Origin: Clostridia bacterium | GTDB taxonomy: Bacteria; Bacillota; Clostridia; Christensenellales; UBA1242 | Assembly (NCBI GenBank): GCA_017478185.1 | Contig: JAFVEA010000009.1 | Coordinates: forward strand, 133,264 to 197,263 | Direction of reading: 5' to 3' | Length of the DNA stretch: 64,000 nucleotides | In this document: positions 6,557 through 16,308 of the stretch, piece after piece | How the letters are laid out: each line of letters opens with the position of its first letter | Position numbering within the stretch: position 1 is the first letter of the stretch | The notes under the pieces: model-generated | Databases searched by the model: none | Seen by the model: only the letters and a program-made list of their open reading frames with translations | Told to the model about the DNA's origin: nothing | Made by a program: the position numbers and the translations under genes

Positions 6557-9046
6557 ATGGAAAAGTTAATAATTATTGATGGAAACAGTTTGATAAATCG
6601 TGCTTATTATGCGCTTCCACCGCTAGCAACAAAAGACGGAAATGTTTATAATGCGGTTTTTGGGTTTGTTAACATTGTTATAAAACTTTTAACAGAACAC
6701 AAGCCAACGCATATGGTGGTTGCTTTTGATGCTGGCAAAAAAACTTTTAGAAATGAACTTTTCAGTGATTATAAAGGAACCAGAAAAGGTATGCCAGAAG
6801 AGCTAAAACAACAGTTACAGCCACTGAAAGATTTGTTAAAACAAATGAACATAAAAACAATAGAAAAACTTGGCATAGAAGCTGACGACATCATTGGAAC
6901 AATTTCAAAAAACATAAATTATCCGTCAATAATTTTAACTGGTGATAGAGATTGCTTGCAACTTATTGATAAAAATGTGGAAGTTTGGCTTACAAAACAC
7001 GGCATAAGTGAAATTTTGGATATGAACGAGAGGCACTTAAAAGAAGATATGGGCTTAACTCCAAAGCAAATAATAGATTTAAAATCACTTATGGGTGACT
7101 CTTCCGACAACATTCCAGGAGTGGCAGGAATAGGCGAAAAAACAGCCAAAACATTATTGGAGAGTTTTGGTTCGATGCAAAATGTTTATGCTCATATTGA
7201 CGAAATTTCTGGCAAAACAAAAGAAAAGCTAATTGCAGGAAAAGATATGGCGGAATTAAGTTATGTTTTGGCAACCATAAAGTGTGACGCTGACATTGAT
7301 TTTTGTTTGGATGACTTTAAGGTTAAACTTCCATTTTCTCAAGATGTTTTAAGGACTTTTGAAAAATATGAGTTCTCCTCTCTTTTAAAAAGGCAAGATT
7401 TGTTTTTGGAGGGAGCTGATGAAAAAAGAGAGCAAACACAAACAGAATCCCAAAAAATAGATGATATTTCAAGCTTGCATAAACTGTTAAAAAATCAAAC
7501 AACAGCAATTTATGAAACAGAAAATGGGTTTCAGTTTGCGGTGAACTCTCAAAAATACTTTGAATTTTTGGGAAGTTTTAGTGATATTTCGCCCGTTTTG
7601 GAAGATGAAAGCATAACAAAAATTTTTCATAAATTAAAACCAGTTCTTCATAAAACTGACGGAAAAATTAAAGGCAAATGTTATGATTTAAGCTTGGCTG
7701 TTTATCTTTTAAACAGCAATTTAAGAGTGGATTATTTTGAAAGAATAGCAGAATATTTTAATTTCTCTGAAAATAACAATGCGTGCACTATGCTTGCTTG
7801 CTTTGAAATGGCAAAAACTGAACTTGAAAAGCTTTCAATGCTTAATTTATATGAAGAAATCGAGCTTCCACTTGTTTATGTTTTGTTTGAAATGGAAAAT
7901 AATGGCATTTTTGTTGATGAAGATTTTTTAAATGAATTAAGCAAAAAGTTTTCAGCAGAGTTAACAGAAATTGTTTCAAAAATTTATGAACTTGCAGGCG
8001 AAGAATTTAACTTGAATTCCCCTAAAAAACTAGGTTATATTTTATTCGAAAAATTGGGTTTAAGCCAAAAAGATAACAAAAAGCTTTCAACAGCTGTGGA
8101 CAAGCTTGAAGCAATTAAAAAAGAGCATCCAATTGTGAGTTTGATTTTAAGATATCGAACAATTTCAAAGCTTTTATCAACTTATGTTGAGGGTTTAAGG
8201 CCTTGGATAAAAAATGGAAAAATCCACACCACCTTTAATCAAACAATGGCAGTGACAGGCAGGCTTTCAAGCATTGAGCCAAACTTGCAAAACATTCCAA
8301 TTCGAACAGACGAAGGCAAAATTCTTCGAAAGATGTTTAAGGCAAGCCCAAACTGTTATTTGGTTTCTGCTGATTATTCTCAAATTGAATTAAGGCTTTT
8401 AGCTCACTATAGCGGAGATAAAAATTTGATTGAGGCCTACACTTTGGGCAAAGACATCCACACCACAACAGCTTCTCAAATTTTTCATATTCCTTATGAG
8501 CTAGTCACAAGTGATATGAGAAGAACGGCAAAGGCAGTTAATTTTGGAATAATTTATGGCATAAGCCCATTTGGCCTTTCAAAAAACATAGGGTCGTCAA
8601 TGATTGAGGCAAAAGAATATATAGAAACATATTTTAACAGATATCCAACCATAAAAACATTTTTAGACAATTCAATTTTGGAGGCAAAACAAAAAGGATA
8701 TGTCACCACGCTTTTGGGAAGACGAAGAAACATAACAGAAATTTATTCCACCAACCACAACACTGCAATGTTTGCTGAGCGGGCAGCGATGAATATGCCA
8801 CTTCAAGGCACAGCATCAGATATCATAAAGCTTGCAATGCTAAAAGTTCAAAAGGCTTTAGTAGAGCAAAAATTAAAATCAAAACTAATTTTGCAAATTC
8901 ACGATGAACTTATTTTGGATGTTCCAGAAAATGAGGTGGAACAAGTTAAAAAACTTTTAAAAGATTGTATGGAAAATGTTGTTTTGTTAAAAGTTCCATT
9001 AACAATTGATATATCAATTGGAAGAGATTGGTATAGCGCAAAATAA
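6557..9046 (+). CDS. polA: DNA polymerase I (5'-3' exonuclease and polymerase domains; the central 3'-5' exonuclease region looks short or degenerate)
   Basis: The N-terminus LIIIDGNSLINRAYYA and the GDSSDNIPGVAGIGEKTA motif mark the 5' nuclease. Polymerase motifs are SADYSQIELRLLAH, RRTAKAVNFGIIYG and QIHDELIL. Length 829 aa. Confidence 0.95.
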   Translation: MEKLIIIDGNSLINRAYYALPPLATKDGNVYNAVFGFVNIVIKLLTEHKPTHMVVAFDAGKKTFRNELFSDYKGTRKGMPEELKQQLQPLKDLLKQMNIKTIEKLGIEADDIIGTISKNINYPSIILTGDRDCLQLIDKNVEVWLTKHGISEILDMNERHLKEDMGLTPKQIIDLKSLMGDSSDNIPGVAGIGEKTAKTLLESFGSMQNVYAHIDEISGKTKEKLIAGKDMAELSYVLATIKCDADIDFCLDDFKVKLPFSQDVLRTFEKYEFSSLLKRQDLFLEGADEKREQTQTESQKIDDISSLHKLLKNQTTAIYETENGFQFAVNSQKYFEFLGSFSDISPVLEDESITKIFHKLKPVLHKTDGKIKGKCYDLSLAVYLLNSNLRVDYFERIAEYFNFSENNNACTMLACFEMAKTELEKLSMLNLYEEIELPLVYVLFEMENNGIFVDEDFLNELSKKFSAELTEIVSKIYELAGEEFNLNSPKKLGYILFEKLGLSQKDNKKLSTAVDKLEAIKKEHPIVSLILRYRTISKLLSTYVEGLRPWIKNGKIHTTFNQTMAVTGRLSSIEPNLQNIPIRTDEGKILRKMFKASPNCYLVSADYSQIELRLLAHYSGDKNLIEAYTLGKDIHTTTASQIFHIPYELVTSDMRRTAKAVNFGIIYGISPFGLSKNIGSSMIEAKEYIETYFNRYPTIKTFLDNSILEAKQKGYVTTLLGRRRNITEIYSTNHNTAMFAERAAMNMPLQGTASDIIKLAMLKVQKALVEQKLKSKLILQIHDELILDVPENEVEQVKKLLKDCMENVVLLKVPLTIDISIGRDWYSAK

Positions 9047-9096
9047 AGTTATGATTTGGAGTTTAATCATAAAAAATGATTTAAAAAAGTTATTAA

Positions 9097-9131
9097 AAAG
9101 CAAAGCAAAATATTTGCCTTGCTTTTTGTTT
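9097..9131 (+). terminator. Probable rho-independent terminator after polA
   Basis: aaagcaaagca-loop-tgccttgcttt (one mismatch) followed by tttgttttt. Confidence 0.55.
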
Positions 9132-9335
9132 TTAATGTTTAAATTTTTAACAAACATATTTAAAGTTTTTTTAAAAGCTTATAAAAACTGAATTTAAACT
9201 GTTTTTTATATTAAAGATTTATTAAAATTTTTTGTTAAAATTTGCTTTTTCTATTGACAATACTTGTGTTTTATGTTAACATTATCTAGCACTTACCGCA
9301 AGGGGTGTTAATTTTTTAGTTAAAGAGGTATAATT

Positions 9336-9485
9336 ATGAGAACCAACATAACTCTTGTTTGCACAGAATGTAAAGAAAGAAATTATGACACAAACAAGAA
9401 CAAGAAAAATGACCCAGACCGTATGGAAATTAAAAAATACTGTTCAAGGTGTAAGAAACACACAGTTCACAAAGAGGGTAAATAA
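9336..9485 (+). CDS. rpmG: 50S ribosomal protein L33 (49 aa; below the ORF-track size cutoff)
   Basis: My translation is [49 protein letters not shown]. It has the CxxC...CxxC zinc ribbon and the position upstream of secE-nusG typical of L33. RBS AAAGAGG. Confidence 0.9.
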   Translation: MRTNITLVCTECKERNYDTNKNKKNDPDRMEIKKYCSRCKKHTVHKEGK

Positions 9486-9508
9486 TTTAATCGGATAGGG
9501 AGATAGTT

Positions 9509-9973
9509 ATGGCAAAACCTAGACATAAAGGTAAATCAAAACAAAAAAAGCCTAACAAAGTTGTTCAGGCAAAAGCTTCTAATATTGAAGCAGAAAACAG
9601 CGAGATAAAAGAAGAAGCTTTAAGCGCTAACGAAAGTGAGCCTAAAACAAAAGCTCCAGAAGTTAAGAAAGAAGAAAAAACTTTGTCAGAAAAAGAGCAA
9701 AAAAAGCTTGCAAAAGAGCAAGAAAAGAAAGATAAACAAATTGCCAAAGAAAAAGCTTTAAAAAAGAAAAAAGAAGCAGATGAAAAAGCTGGAAAGCTTA
9801 CAATGGGCCAAAGAATAAAAGAAACTGGCTCAGAACTTAAAAAAATAAGTTGGCCAACTTTTGGGCAAACAATGAAAAAGACTGGTGTTGTTATTGCAGT
9901 GGTTTTGTTCTTTGCTGTTGTTTTGTTTGCTTTTGATTATGTTTTAAGTTTGTTGCAAGGACTAATTATATAG
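9509..9973 (+). CDS. secE: Preprotein translocase subunit SecE with an unusual ~98-aa Lys/Glu/Ala-rich N-terminal extension
   Basis: The C-terminal 56 aa (MGQRIKETGSELKKISWPTFGQTMKKTGVVIAVVLFFAVVLFAFDYVL...) form a canonical SecE. The upstream 98 codons are open in a stop-rich AT genome and follow a strong RBS GGGAG. Confidence 0.85.
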   Translation: MAKPRHKGKSKQKKPNKVVQAKASNIEAENSEIKEEALSANESEPKTKAPEVKKEEKTLSEKEQKKLAKEQEKKDKQIAKEKALKKKKEADEKAGKLTMGQRIKETGSELKKISWPTFGQTMKKTGVVIAVVLFFAVVLFAFDYVLSLLQGLII

Positions 9974-9983
9974 GGGTGAAAAA

Positions 9984-10526
9984 ATGGCAAATGAAGTTTT
10001 TATAAGCAAAGAATCTAAATGGTATGTTTTGCACACCTTTCACAGTTATGAAGCAGTTGCAAAAGAAAATTTAGAGCAAGCAATGGAAAACGATGAAGTT
10101 TTGCGTGAACGCATTTCTGATATTGTTATACCAACTGAAGATGTTATTGAAGAAACAAATGGAAAAAAGAAGTTGGTTACTCGTAAGTCTATGCCATGTT
10201 ATATTTTTGTTAAGATGATTTATGGTGATGATATATGGCATAAAATAACTCACACTCGTGGTATAACAGGCTTTGTTGGACCAAAAGGAAGACCTCTTCC
10301 TCTAACTGATGAAGAAATAAGAAAAATTGGGCTAGAAAAAGTTCCTGTTGACTTCACTTTAGGTGAGGGTGACCAAATTGAAATCATTTCTGGCTCACTT
10401 ATTGGAACTGTTTGCACTGTTATAAGCGCAGACAACGAAACACAAAAATGTAAAGTTAATGTTAGTATGTTTGGAAGAGACACACCAGTTGAACTTTCAT
10501 TTAATGATGTTAAAAAAATACAATAA
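9984..10526 (+). CDS. nusG: Transcription termination/antitermination factor NusG
   Basis: KWYVLHTFHSYEAVAKENL, the GITGFVGP motif and a C-terminal KOW domain are present, in conserved secE-nusG-rplK order. Confidence 0.93.
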   Translation: MANEVFISKESKWYVLHTFHSYEAVAKENLEQAMENDEVLRERISDIVIPTEDVIEETNGKKKLVTRKSMPCYIFVKMIYGDDIWHKITHTRGITGFVGPKGRPLPLTDEEIRKIGLEKVPVDFTLGEGDQIEIISGSLIGTVCTVISADNETQKCKVNVSMFGRDTPVELSFNDVKKIQ

Positions 10527-10566
10527 TTTAGTTTTATCTTTATTATTTAATAAGGTAAAATATATT

Positions 10567-10597
10567 GGTGCCAAAAGTCTTGCCGATTTTTGGCATC
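10567..10597 (+). promoter_or_regulatory. Stable hairpin in the nusG-rplK spacer; possible rplKA leader structure
   Basis: 10-bp stem ggtgccaaaa / ttttggcatc with an 11-nt loop and no T-run, followed by gtGGGAGaaa. Confidence 0.3.
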
Positions 10598-10664
10598 GTG
10601 GGAGAAAAATAGCAAAAAAATTTATGGCTATTCTTCGTTAAAACCACAAAAGGAGAAGAAGAAA

Positions 10665-11105
10665 ATGGCAGAAAAGAAACCAGTTAAGGTTATTAAACTT
10701 CAACTTCCAGCCGGAAAAGCAACACCTGCTCCTCCAGTTGGAAGTATTTGTGGTGCCGCAGGAGTTAACATTCCTCAATTCGTGCAACAATTCAACGCAT
10801 TAACCGCATCACAAGTTGGAACAATCGTTCCAGTGTTAATCAGTGTTTATGCTGACCGTAGTTTTAGTTTGGAGATAAAAACTCCACCAGCAGCAGTTTT
10901 GATTAAAAAAATGTGTGGAATAGACAAAGCAAGCGGAAAGTGTAACAAAACAAAAGTTGCAACAATTTCGCAAGCACAAATCAAAGAAATTGCTGAACTA
11001 AAAATGAAAGACCTAAACGCATCTTCAGTTGAAACTGCAATGAAAATGATTGCAGGAACAGCAAGAAGTATGGGTGTTACAGTTGAACAAGGGGAGGCTG
11101 AATAA
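10665..11105 (+). CDS. rplK: 50S ribosomal protein L11
   Basis: [26 protein letters not shown]... is a canonical L11 N-terminus. ATG 10665 follows RBS AAGGAGAAG. The track start at 10590 adds 25 non-conserved residues. Confidence 0.93.
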   Translation: MAEKKPVKVIKLQLPAGKATPAPPVGSICGAAGVNIPQFVQQFNALTASQVGTIVPVLISVYADRSFSLEIKTPPAAVLIKKMCGIDKASGKCNKTKVATISQAQIKEIAELKMKDLNASSVETAMKMIAGTARSMGVTVEQGEAE

Positions 11106-11107
11106 TT

Positions 11108-11791
11108 ATGAGTGGAAAGAATTTTAAAAAAGCTCAAGAGCTTGTTGATAGCCAAAAGCTATACAGCGCTCAAGAAGCAATTGATTTAATTTTAAAAACA
11201 GCCTACGCAAAATTTGATGAAACTGTTGAACTTCATGTTCGTTTGGGCGTTGACGGCAGACAAGCAGACCAACAAGTTCGTGGAGTTGTTGTTTTGCCAG
11301 CAGGAACAGGAAAGAAAAAGAAAGTTTTGGTTATTGCCAAAGGTGATAAGGCTGATGAAGCAACAAAAGCAGGAGCAGACGTCGTTGGAGCAGAAGAAGT
11401 TATTGCAAAAATCAACGGTGGATGGCTTGACTTTGATGTTTGTATCACAACCCCAGATATGATGGGCTTGATTGGAAGAGTTGCAAAAATTTTGGGTCCA
11501 AAAGGCTTGATGCCAAACCCAAAAAGTGGAACAGTTACAATGGATATTACAAAAGCAATCAATGATGTTAAAGCCGGAAAGGTTGAATATCGTTTGGAAA
11601 AGAACAACATTGTTCACTGCCCAATTGGAAAGGTAAGCTTTGGAGCAGAAAAGTTAATGCAAAACTATCAAACACTTATTGATGCTTTAACAAAAGCAAA
11701 GCCAGCAGCAGCAAAAGGAACATATTTCAAAGGCATTTCACTTGCAACAACAATGGGCCCAGGAATAAAAGTTTTGCCTCAATCAAACTAA
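11108..11791 (+). CDS. rplA: 50S ribosomal protein L1
   Basis: [24 protein letters not shown] and [22 protein letters not shown] are present. It lies adjacent to rplK. Confidence 0.95.
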   Translation: MSGKNFKKAQELVDSQKLYSAQEAIDLILKTAYAKFDETVELHVRLGVDGRQADQQVRGVVVLPAGTGKKKKVLVIAKGDKADEATKAGADVVGAEEVIAKINGGWLDFDVCITTPDMMGLIGRVAKILGPKGLMPNPKSGTVTMDITKAINDVKAGKVEYRLEKNNIVHCPIGKVSFGAEKLMQNYQTLIDALTKAKPAAAKGTYFKGISLATTMGPGIKVLPQSN

Positions 11792-11796
11792 TAAAA

Positions 11797-11828
11797 AAAA
11801 GAGATTTATTTTAAATCTCTTTTTTCTT
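11797..11828. terminator. Bidirectional rho-independent terminator between rplA and the convergent surface-protein gene
   Basis: aaaagagattt-loop-aaatctctttt, flanked by A8 upstream and a T-run downstream. Confidence 0.8.
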
Positions 11829-11839
11829 TTTCTCTATAA

Positions 11840-14800
11840 TTAACTCCAAATTGTTGGAACGCCATCAACATAATGCCAAATATTTCCTGCCCCAGTATTA
11901 GTTTCACTATAGTAGTATTTTGTTGCATTGGTTAATGTTGAATCTGAATCTGTTCCCTTAGTTATAGCATCCCATTCACTTTCAGTTCCAAGATAATAAA
12001 CTGTTGTTAAAGCAGAATATCCAAAAGCTTCATCCCCAATAGATTCAACGCTTGTTGGAATAATTATGTTTGTTAGATTGCCACATTCACAAAAAGCTGA
12101 CTCTCCAATAGTTGTAAGCTGGCTGTTAGCAGCAAAAATCACTTGAGTTAAATTGGAACATTCATAAAAAGCCCCAGCTCCAATGCTTGTAACGTCAGTA
12201 GGGATTGTTATGCTGGTAAGGCCACAGCCTACAAAAGCACCATTTCCAACGCTTGTAACATCTGCTCTTAAAGTTACATTTGAATCTGTTCCAACATAAT
12301 TTACAGCAATAACATCTGTTCCTTCAACATAATATTGAACACTATTTTCTGTTACTATTCTTGTTGTGTATGAGTTATCTCTGTTTACAACCACTAATGC
12401 ATAATAGCCAACAAAGCCATTAGTATCAGCTCCTTTTTCAATTGTTAGAGTTTCACTATAATTAATAACTTCCATTAGTTTAATACAATCGATGAATGCA
12501 TATTCTTCAATAGTTGTAACACTAGCTGGGATTGTTATGCTTGTAATATTACAGGCACAAAAAGCCCAATCACCAATGGTTTGCAGCTGGCTTTCAGTCT
12601 CAAAAGTTACAGTATGCAAATTCTCACACTCTCCAAAAGCAGAACTACCAATGCTTTTAACGCTAGCAGGGATTGTAACGCTCTGTATGTTGAGGCAGCC
12701 AGAAAATGCATTTGCTTCTATCTGTGTGCAATCATTTCTTAAAGTTATATTTGAATCTGTTCCAACATATTTTACTGCTATAATTTCATCATCTTCAAGA
12801 GCATAATGAACCTGATAATTATTTACAACATTTGTTGCATAATATCCAACATAACCATTGGTTGTGGCTCCTTTTTCAATTATTAAAAATTCACTATAAT
12901 TTATAACTTCAGCCAAATTTGAACAATCTTGAAAAGCTGTTTCTCCAATGCTTATAACATTTGCTGGTATTGTTATGGTTGTTAAACCACCACATCCATA
13001 AAATGCATTATCTCCGATTAATGTAACGCTAGCTGGTATTGTTACACTTTGTAATGTAGAACGACCATTTGCGAAGTCATTTGGAATTGATGTAATTTCG
13101 ATTCCTTCTTGGAAAGTTATTGTTTGAACAGAAGAACCAATACCATAGTAACCTAAAGTTTGCAAAGTTGTTAATGATTTAGGGAATGTTATGTTGATTA
13201 GGTCAAAACACCAGTTGAACGCATTAGCTCCAATAGATTGACAATTGCTATTTTCTTCAAAAGTTACTGTTTGCAAATTAGAAGCCATATGAGTATTTAA
13301 ACCAAACGCATAATCTCCAATTGAAGTAACACTTGCTGGAATTGTGATACTTGTAAAACCGCCACAATTAACAAACGCATTATCTCCAATAGATTGACAA
13401 TTGCTACCATTTTCAAAACTTACACTTTGTAAGCCGCTACAACCACTAAACGCATACTCTCCAATTGAAGTAACGCTGGCAGGGATTGTTATGCTTGTTA
13501 AACCACTGCAATAATTAAATGCTCCTTCTCCAATAGTTATAACACTATCAGGTATTGTTATGTTGGTTAAATTGCTGCAACTCTGAAATGCATAATATTT
13601 AATATTTGTAACACTATTTGGGATTGTGATATTTGTTAGGTTGCTACAATTAGCAAAAGCATAATCTCCAATAGTTGTAACGCTTGCTGGAATTGTGACG
13701 CTTTCAATTATAGTTTTATTTGCAAAAGCGTTAGAATCAATAAATTCAACATCTTTTTTAATTCCATCGTTGCTATCTTTTATTTGTGCTGGAATAACAA
13801 CATTAGGGTCTTCACCAATATAACCAGTTATGTGAGCTTTGTTGTTTTCATCAAATATATAGGTGAACAGCAAGCCTACAGCTGTTTCCCACTTAGCATA
13901 TAATTCAAGGTTGCCATTTGTGGTTGAAGTTACGCCAGTAATTTTGTTTTCGAATGTTTCTTCAGTAAACCAACCCATAAAGTCATAATTAGCTTTTGTT
14001 GGTTCATTAAAATTGAAGCTGTTTCCGTATGTATAGTTTTCTGGGTTGTTAGCACCGTTTGTTCCACCGTTAAGGTTGTATGTTATTGTATAGCTTATTG
14101 GGGTAAACTTAGCATATAAGGTGTAACCACCAGCTATGCTTGTATCTAAAGTTGTTATGGCTTCGCCAGTGCATTCACTATTATTGAACCAACCATCAAA
14201 AGTATAATAGTCTTTAGTAGCTTTTTGTAGGGTAATAGTTGGAGTTTCGACCGTATAGCTTGTTGGATTAGCTCCATTTGTTCCACCGCTAAGGTTGTAT
14301 GTTATTGAGTAGCTTATTGGGGTAAACTTAGCATAAAGGGTGTAACCACCAGCTATGCTTGTATCTAAAGTTGTTATGGCTTCGCCATTGAACTCGCTGT
14401 TATCAAACCACCCTAAGAAGTTATAACCAGTTTTTGTTGGATTTTGTAGGGTAATGGCAGGAGTTCCATAAGTATATTTTGTTGGGTTAGCTCCGTTTGT
14501 TCCACCGTTAAGGTTATAAATTATTGAATAATTATTTTGAGTATAAACAGCATTAACTGTAAAATTGCTAAGAGTTACACTATAGTTTTCCCATGCGCCA
14601 GTATAGCCAGTTTTTTGTCTAACTTCTGGAGCGGGGAATTCATCTTTGTCTTCGATAGTAAATTTAACATTGCGTTCTCCTTGGTCATCAACAAAAGTTG
14701 CAGTGTAAACTGTGGCTTCCCACTTAGCATAAAGGGTATAATCCTTAGCCACACTTGTATCTAAAGTTGTTATGGCTTCGCCATTGAACTCGCTGTTATC

Positions 14801-15322
14801 AAACCAGCCATCAAAGGTATAATTATCTCTGTTTGCATCAGCTAAAATTATATCTTCATCTTCAACAGTATAGCTTGTTGGATTAGCACCATTTGTTCCA
14901 CCGTTTAGGTTGTATGTTATTGAATAACTTGCCAACTCCCATTTTGCGTATAGGGTGAAACCGCCAGATAAATTGGTGTTAAGTGATGTTATAGCCTCGC
15001 CCGTGAACTCATTGTTATCAAACCAGCCTAAGAAGGTATAACCAGTTTTGGTTGGCTCTTTTAGGGTGATTGGGGAATCTCCAACGTTATATTTTTCTGG
15101 ATTTTCTCCGTTTATGCCACTATTTAGGTTGTATGTTATTTCAAAAGTTTGAACCTTTTTCTTTAGGGCAGTGCTAAGAGCAAAAGCTGTTAAAGAAATT
15201 GCCAAAATCAAAGCACATATTATGATAATAATCGTTCGAACCATTGTTCTTGAGTAGTGTTTTTGTTTCACAACAACTTTGTTTGTTGGCTTTTGTTCTT
15301 CCAAAAGTTGTTTTTTGTTCAT
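11840..15322 (-). CDS. Membrane-anchored surface protein with about 6 Listeria-Bacteroides (Flg_new-type) repeats followed by BspA-type leucine-rich repeats
   Basis: There is an N-terminal TM anchor. The repeats read YxITYNLNGGTNGANP...TKTGYTFLGWFDNSEFNGEAIT...YTLYAKW. A long run of SVTIPASVTSIG(D/E)YAF.GC..LTSITIP units follows. RBS AGGAGG. Confidence 0.9.
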   Translation of the reverse strand: MNKKQLLEEQKPTNKVVVKQKHYSRTMVRTIIIIICALILAISLTAFALSTALKKKVQTFEITYNLNSGINGENPEKYNVGDSPITLKEPTKTGYTFLGWFDNNEFTGEAITSLNTNLSGGFTLYAKWELASYSITYNLNGGTNGANPTSYTVEDEDIILADANRDNYTFDGWFDNSEFNGEAITTLDTSVAKDYTLYAKWEATVYTATFVDDQGERNVKFTIEDKDEFPAPEVRQKTGYTGAWENYSVTLSNFTVNAVYTQNNYSIIYNLNGGTNGANPTKYTYGTPAITLQNPTKTGYNFLGWFDNSEFNGEAITTLDTSIAGGYTLYAKFTPISYSITYNLSGGTNGANPTSYTVETPTITLQKATKDYYTFDGWFNNSECTGEAITTLDTSIAGGYTLYAKFTPISYTITYNLNGGTNGANNPENYTYGNSFNFNEPTKANYDFMGWFTEETFENKITGVTSTTNGNLELYAKWETAVGLLFTYIFDENNKAHITGYIGEDPNVVIPAQIKDSNDGIKKDVEFIDSNAFANKTIIESVTIPASVTTIGDYAFANCSNLTNITIPNSVTNIKYYAFQSCSNLTNITIPDSVITIGEGAFNYCSGLTSITIPASVTSIGEYAFSGCSGLQSVSFENGSNCQSIGDNAFVNCGGFTSITIPASVTSIGDYAFGLNTHMASNLQTVTFEENSNCQSIGANAFNWCFDLINITFPKSLTTLQTLGYYGIGSSVQTITFQEGIEITSIPNDFANGRSTLQSVTIPASVTLIGDNAFYGCGGLTTITIPANVISIGETAFQDCSNLAEVINYSEFLIIEKGATTNGYVGYYATNVVNNYQVHYALEDDEIIAVKYVGTDSNITLRNDCTQIEANAFSGCLNIQSVTIPASVKSIGSSAFGECENLHTVTFETESQLQTIGDWAFCACNITSITIPASVTTIEEYAFIDCIKLMEVINYSETLTIEKGADTNGFVGYYALVVVNRDNSYTTRIVTENSVQYYVEGTDVIAVNYVGTDSNVTLRADVTSVGNGAFVGCGLTSITIPTDVTSIGAGAFYECSNLTQVIFAANSQLTTIGESAFCECGNLTNIIIPTSVESIGDEAFGYSALTTVYYLGTESEWDAITKGTDSDSTLTNATKYYYSETNTGAGNIWHYVDGVPTIWS
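14056..14394 (-). repeat. Near-identical intragenic DNA repeats (219-bp period) within the Flg_new region
   Basis: agcttattggggtaaacttagcata.a.ggtgtaaccaccagctatgcttgtatctaaagttgttatggcttcgcca occurs at about 14092 and 14311. A shorter third copy lies near 14745. Confidence 0.85.
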
Positions 15323-15633
15323 TTTTTCCTCCTATTTTAATGTTATTTTAAACCACTATTGAAAAATTATGTTGTTTTAGCTAAAGGCTATTAAAATTAA
15401 CATCAATGTGTTATACAATAAATATACTATATAAAAATAAATTAAACAAGCAAACGAAACAACTTTTTTAATTATGTTTTAAAAGAAAAGTTTTTTAAAG
15501 AAATTCAAATTATTTTCTCATTTTTTTAAAATTATTTTAACGATTTTTGCAAAATTAAAATTAAAACCTAAAAATTTGAAAATATTTTTTAAAATTTTGC
15601 ACATATTAACTTTATGAAAAAAGGAGAGATAAT

Positions 15634-16233
15634 ATGGAATTAATTAAAAGTGAAACTTATCACAACTTAGCTCGTGCTTTTGCGGGAGAATGCCAAGCGC
15701 ACATAAGGTATATGTTTATTGAGTATGGGGCCAAAAAAGAAGGGCACAAATCGCTTGCGGCGGTTATTGACAAAATTTCGTATAACGAATTTAACCACGC
15801 ACGAATGTTCTACACATTTTTGCAACAAGCATCAACAGAAGATATTGACAATGTTGACATTATGGCGGGATATCCTTTTAGAGAAAAGTGGGATGTGTTA
15901 GAAAATTTAAGGCTTGCCGCTGAAGATGAAAACCAAGAAGCCACAGAAGTTTATCCAGCCTATCGAGATAAAGCGCTAGAAGAGGGATTTCCGGAAATAG
16001 CCAAGCTTTTTGATGATATCATAAAGGTGGAAGAAAGCCACAGAGAAATATTTTTGGAGCTTTATGACCAAATGAAAAACAACACACTATACAAAAAAGA
16101 CAAACCTGTTGTGTGGCGATGCGCTGATTGTGGCTATGAATCAACGGGCGAAGAGGCGTGGGACGAATGCCCAGTGTGCAAAGCAAAAAGGGGAGCAGTT
16201 GTTTTGCATTTAAAATCAACAGAACAAAAATAA
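15634..16233 (+). CDS. rbr: Rubrerythrin (N-terminal diiron ferritin-like domain, C-terminal rubredoxin-like CxxC...CxxC)
   Basis: NLARAFAGECQAHIRY, ExxH motifs and the C-terminus WRCADCGYE...CPVCKA are present. Confidence 0.9.
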   Translation: MELIKSETYHNLARAFAGECQAHIRYMFIEYGAKKEGHKSLAAVIDKISYNEFNHARMFYTFLQQASTEDIDNVDIMAGYPFREKWDVLENLRLAAEDENQEATEVYPAYRDKALEEGFPEIAKLFDDIIKVEESHREIFLELYDQMKNNTLYKKDKPVVWRCADCGYESTGEEAWDECPVCKAKRGAVVLHLKSTEQK

Positions 16234-16237
16234 AAAG

Positions 16238-16267
16238 CAAAAAACCATTTTGGTTTTTTGTTTTTTT
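16238..16267 (+). terminator. Rho-independent terminator
   Basis: caaaaaacca-ttt-tggttttttg followed by T7. Confidence 0.8.
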
Positions 16268-16308
16268 ATATTATAATAACAAAAGATTCGTTTAAAAGTA
16301 GGTGAAAT

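Noticed and set aside
7400-7850. Degenerate 3'-5' exonuclease region of Pol I as a novelty
   Set aside because: Loss of proofreading motifs in Pol I is common in Bacillota and Thermus-type enzymes and is not unusual.
9285-9310. Small GCAA-tetraloop hairpin (cacttaccgcaaggggtg) in the rpmG leader as a regulatory RNA
   Set aside because: The stem is short and imperfect (2-5 bp), and there is no second copy or known motif to support a function.
10590-10664. 25-codon N-terminal extension of rplK in the ORF track
   Set aside because: The canonical L11 N-terminus ([13 protein letters not shown]) begins at ATG 10665, directly after AAGGAGAAG. The extension covers the leader hairpin region.
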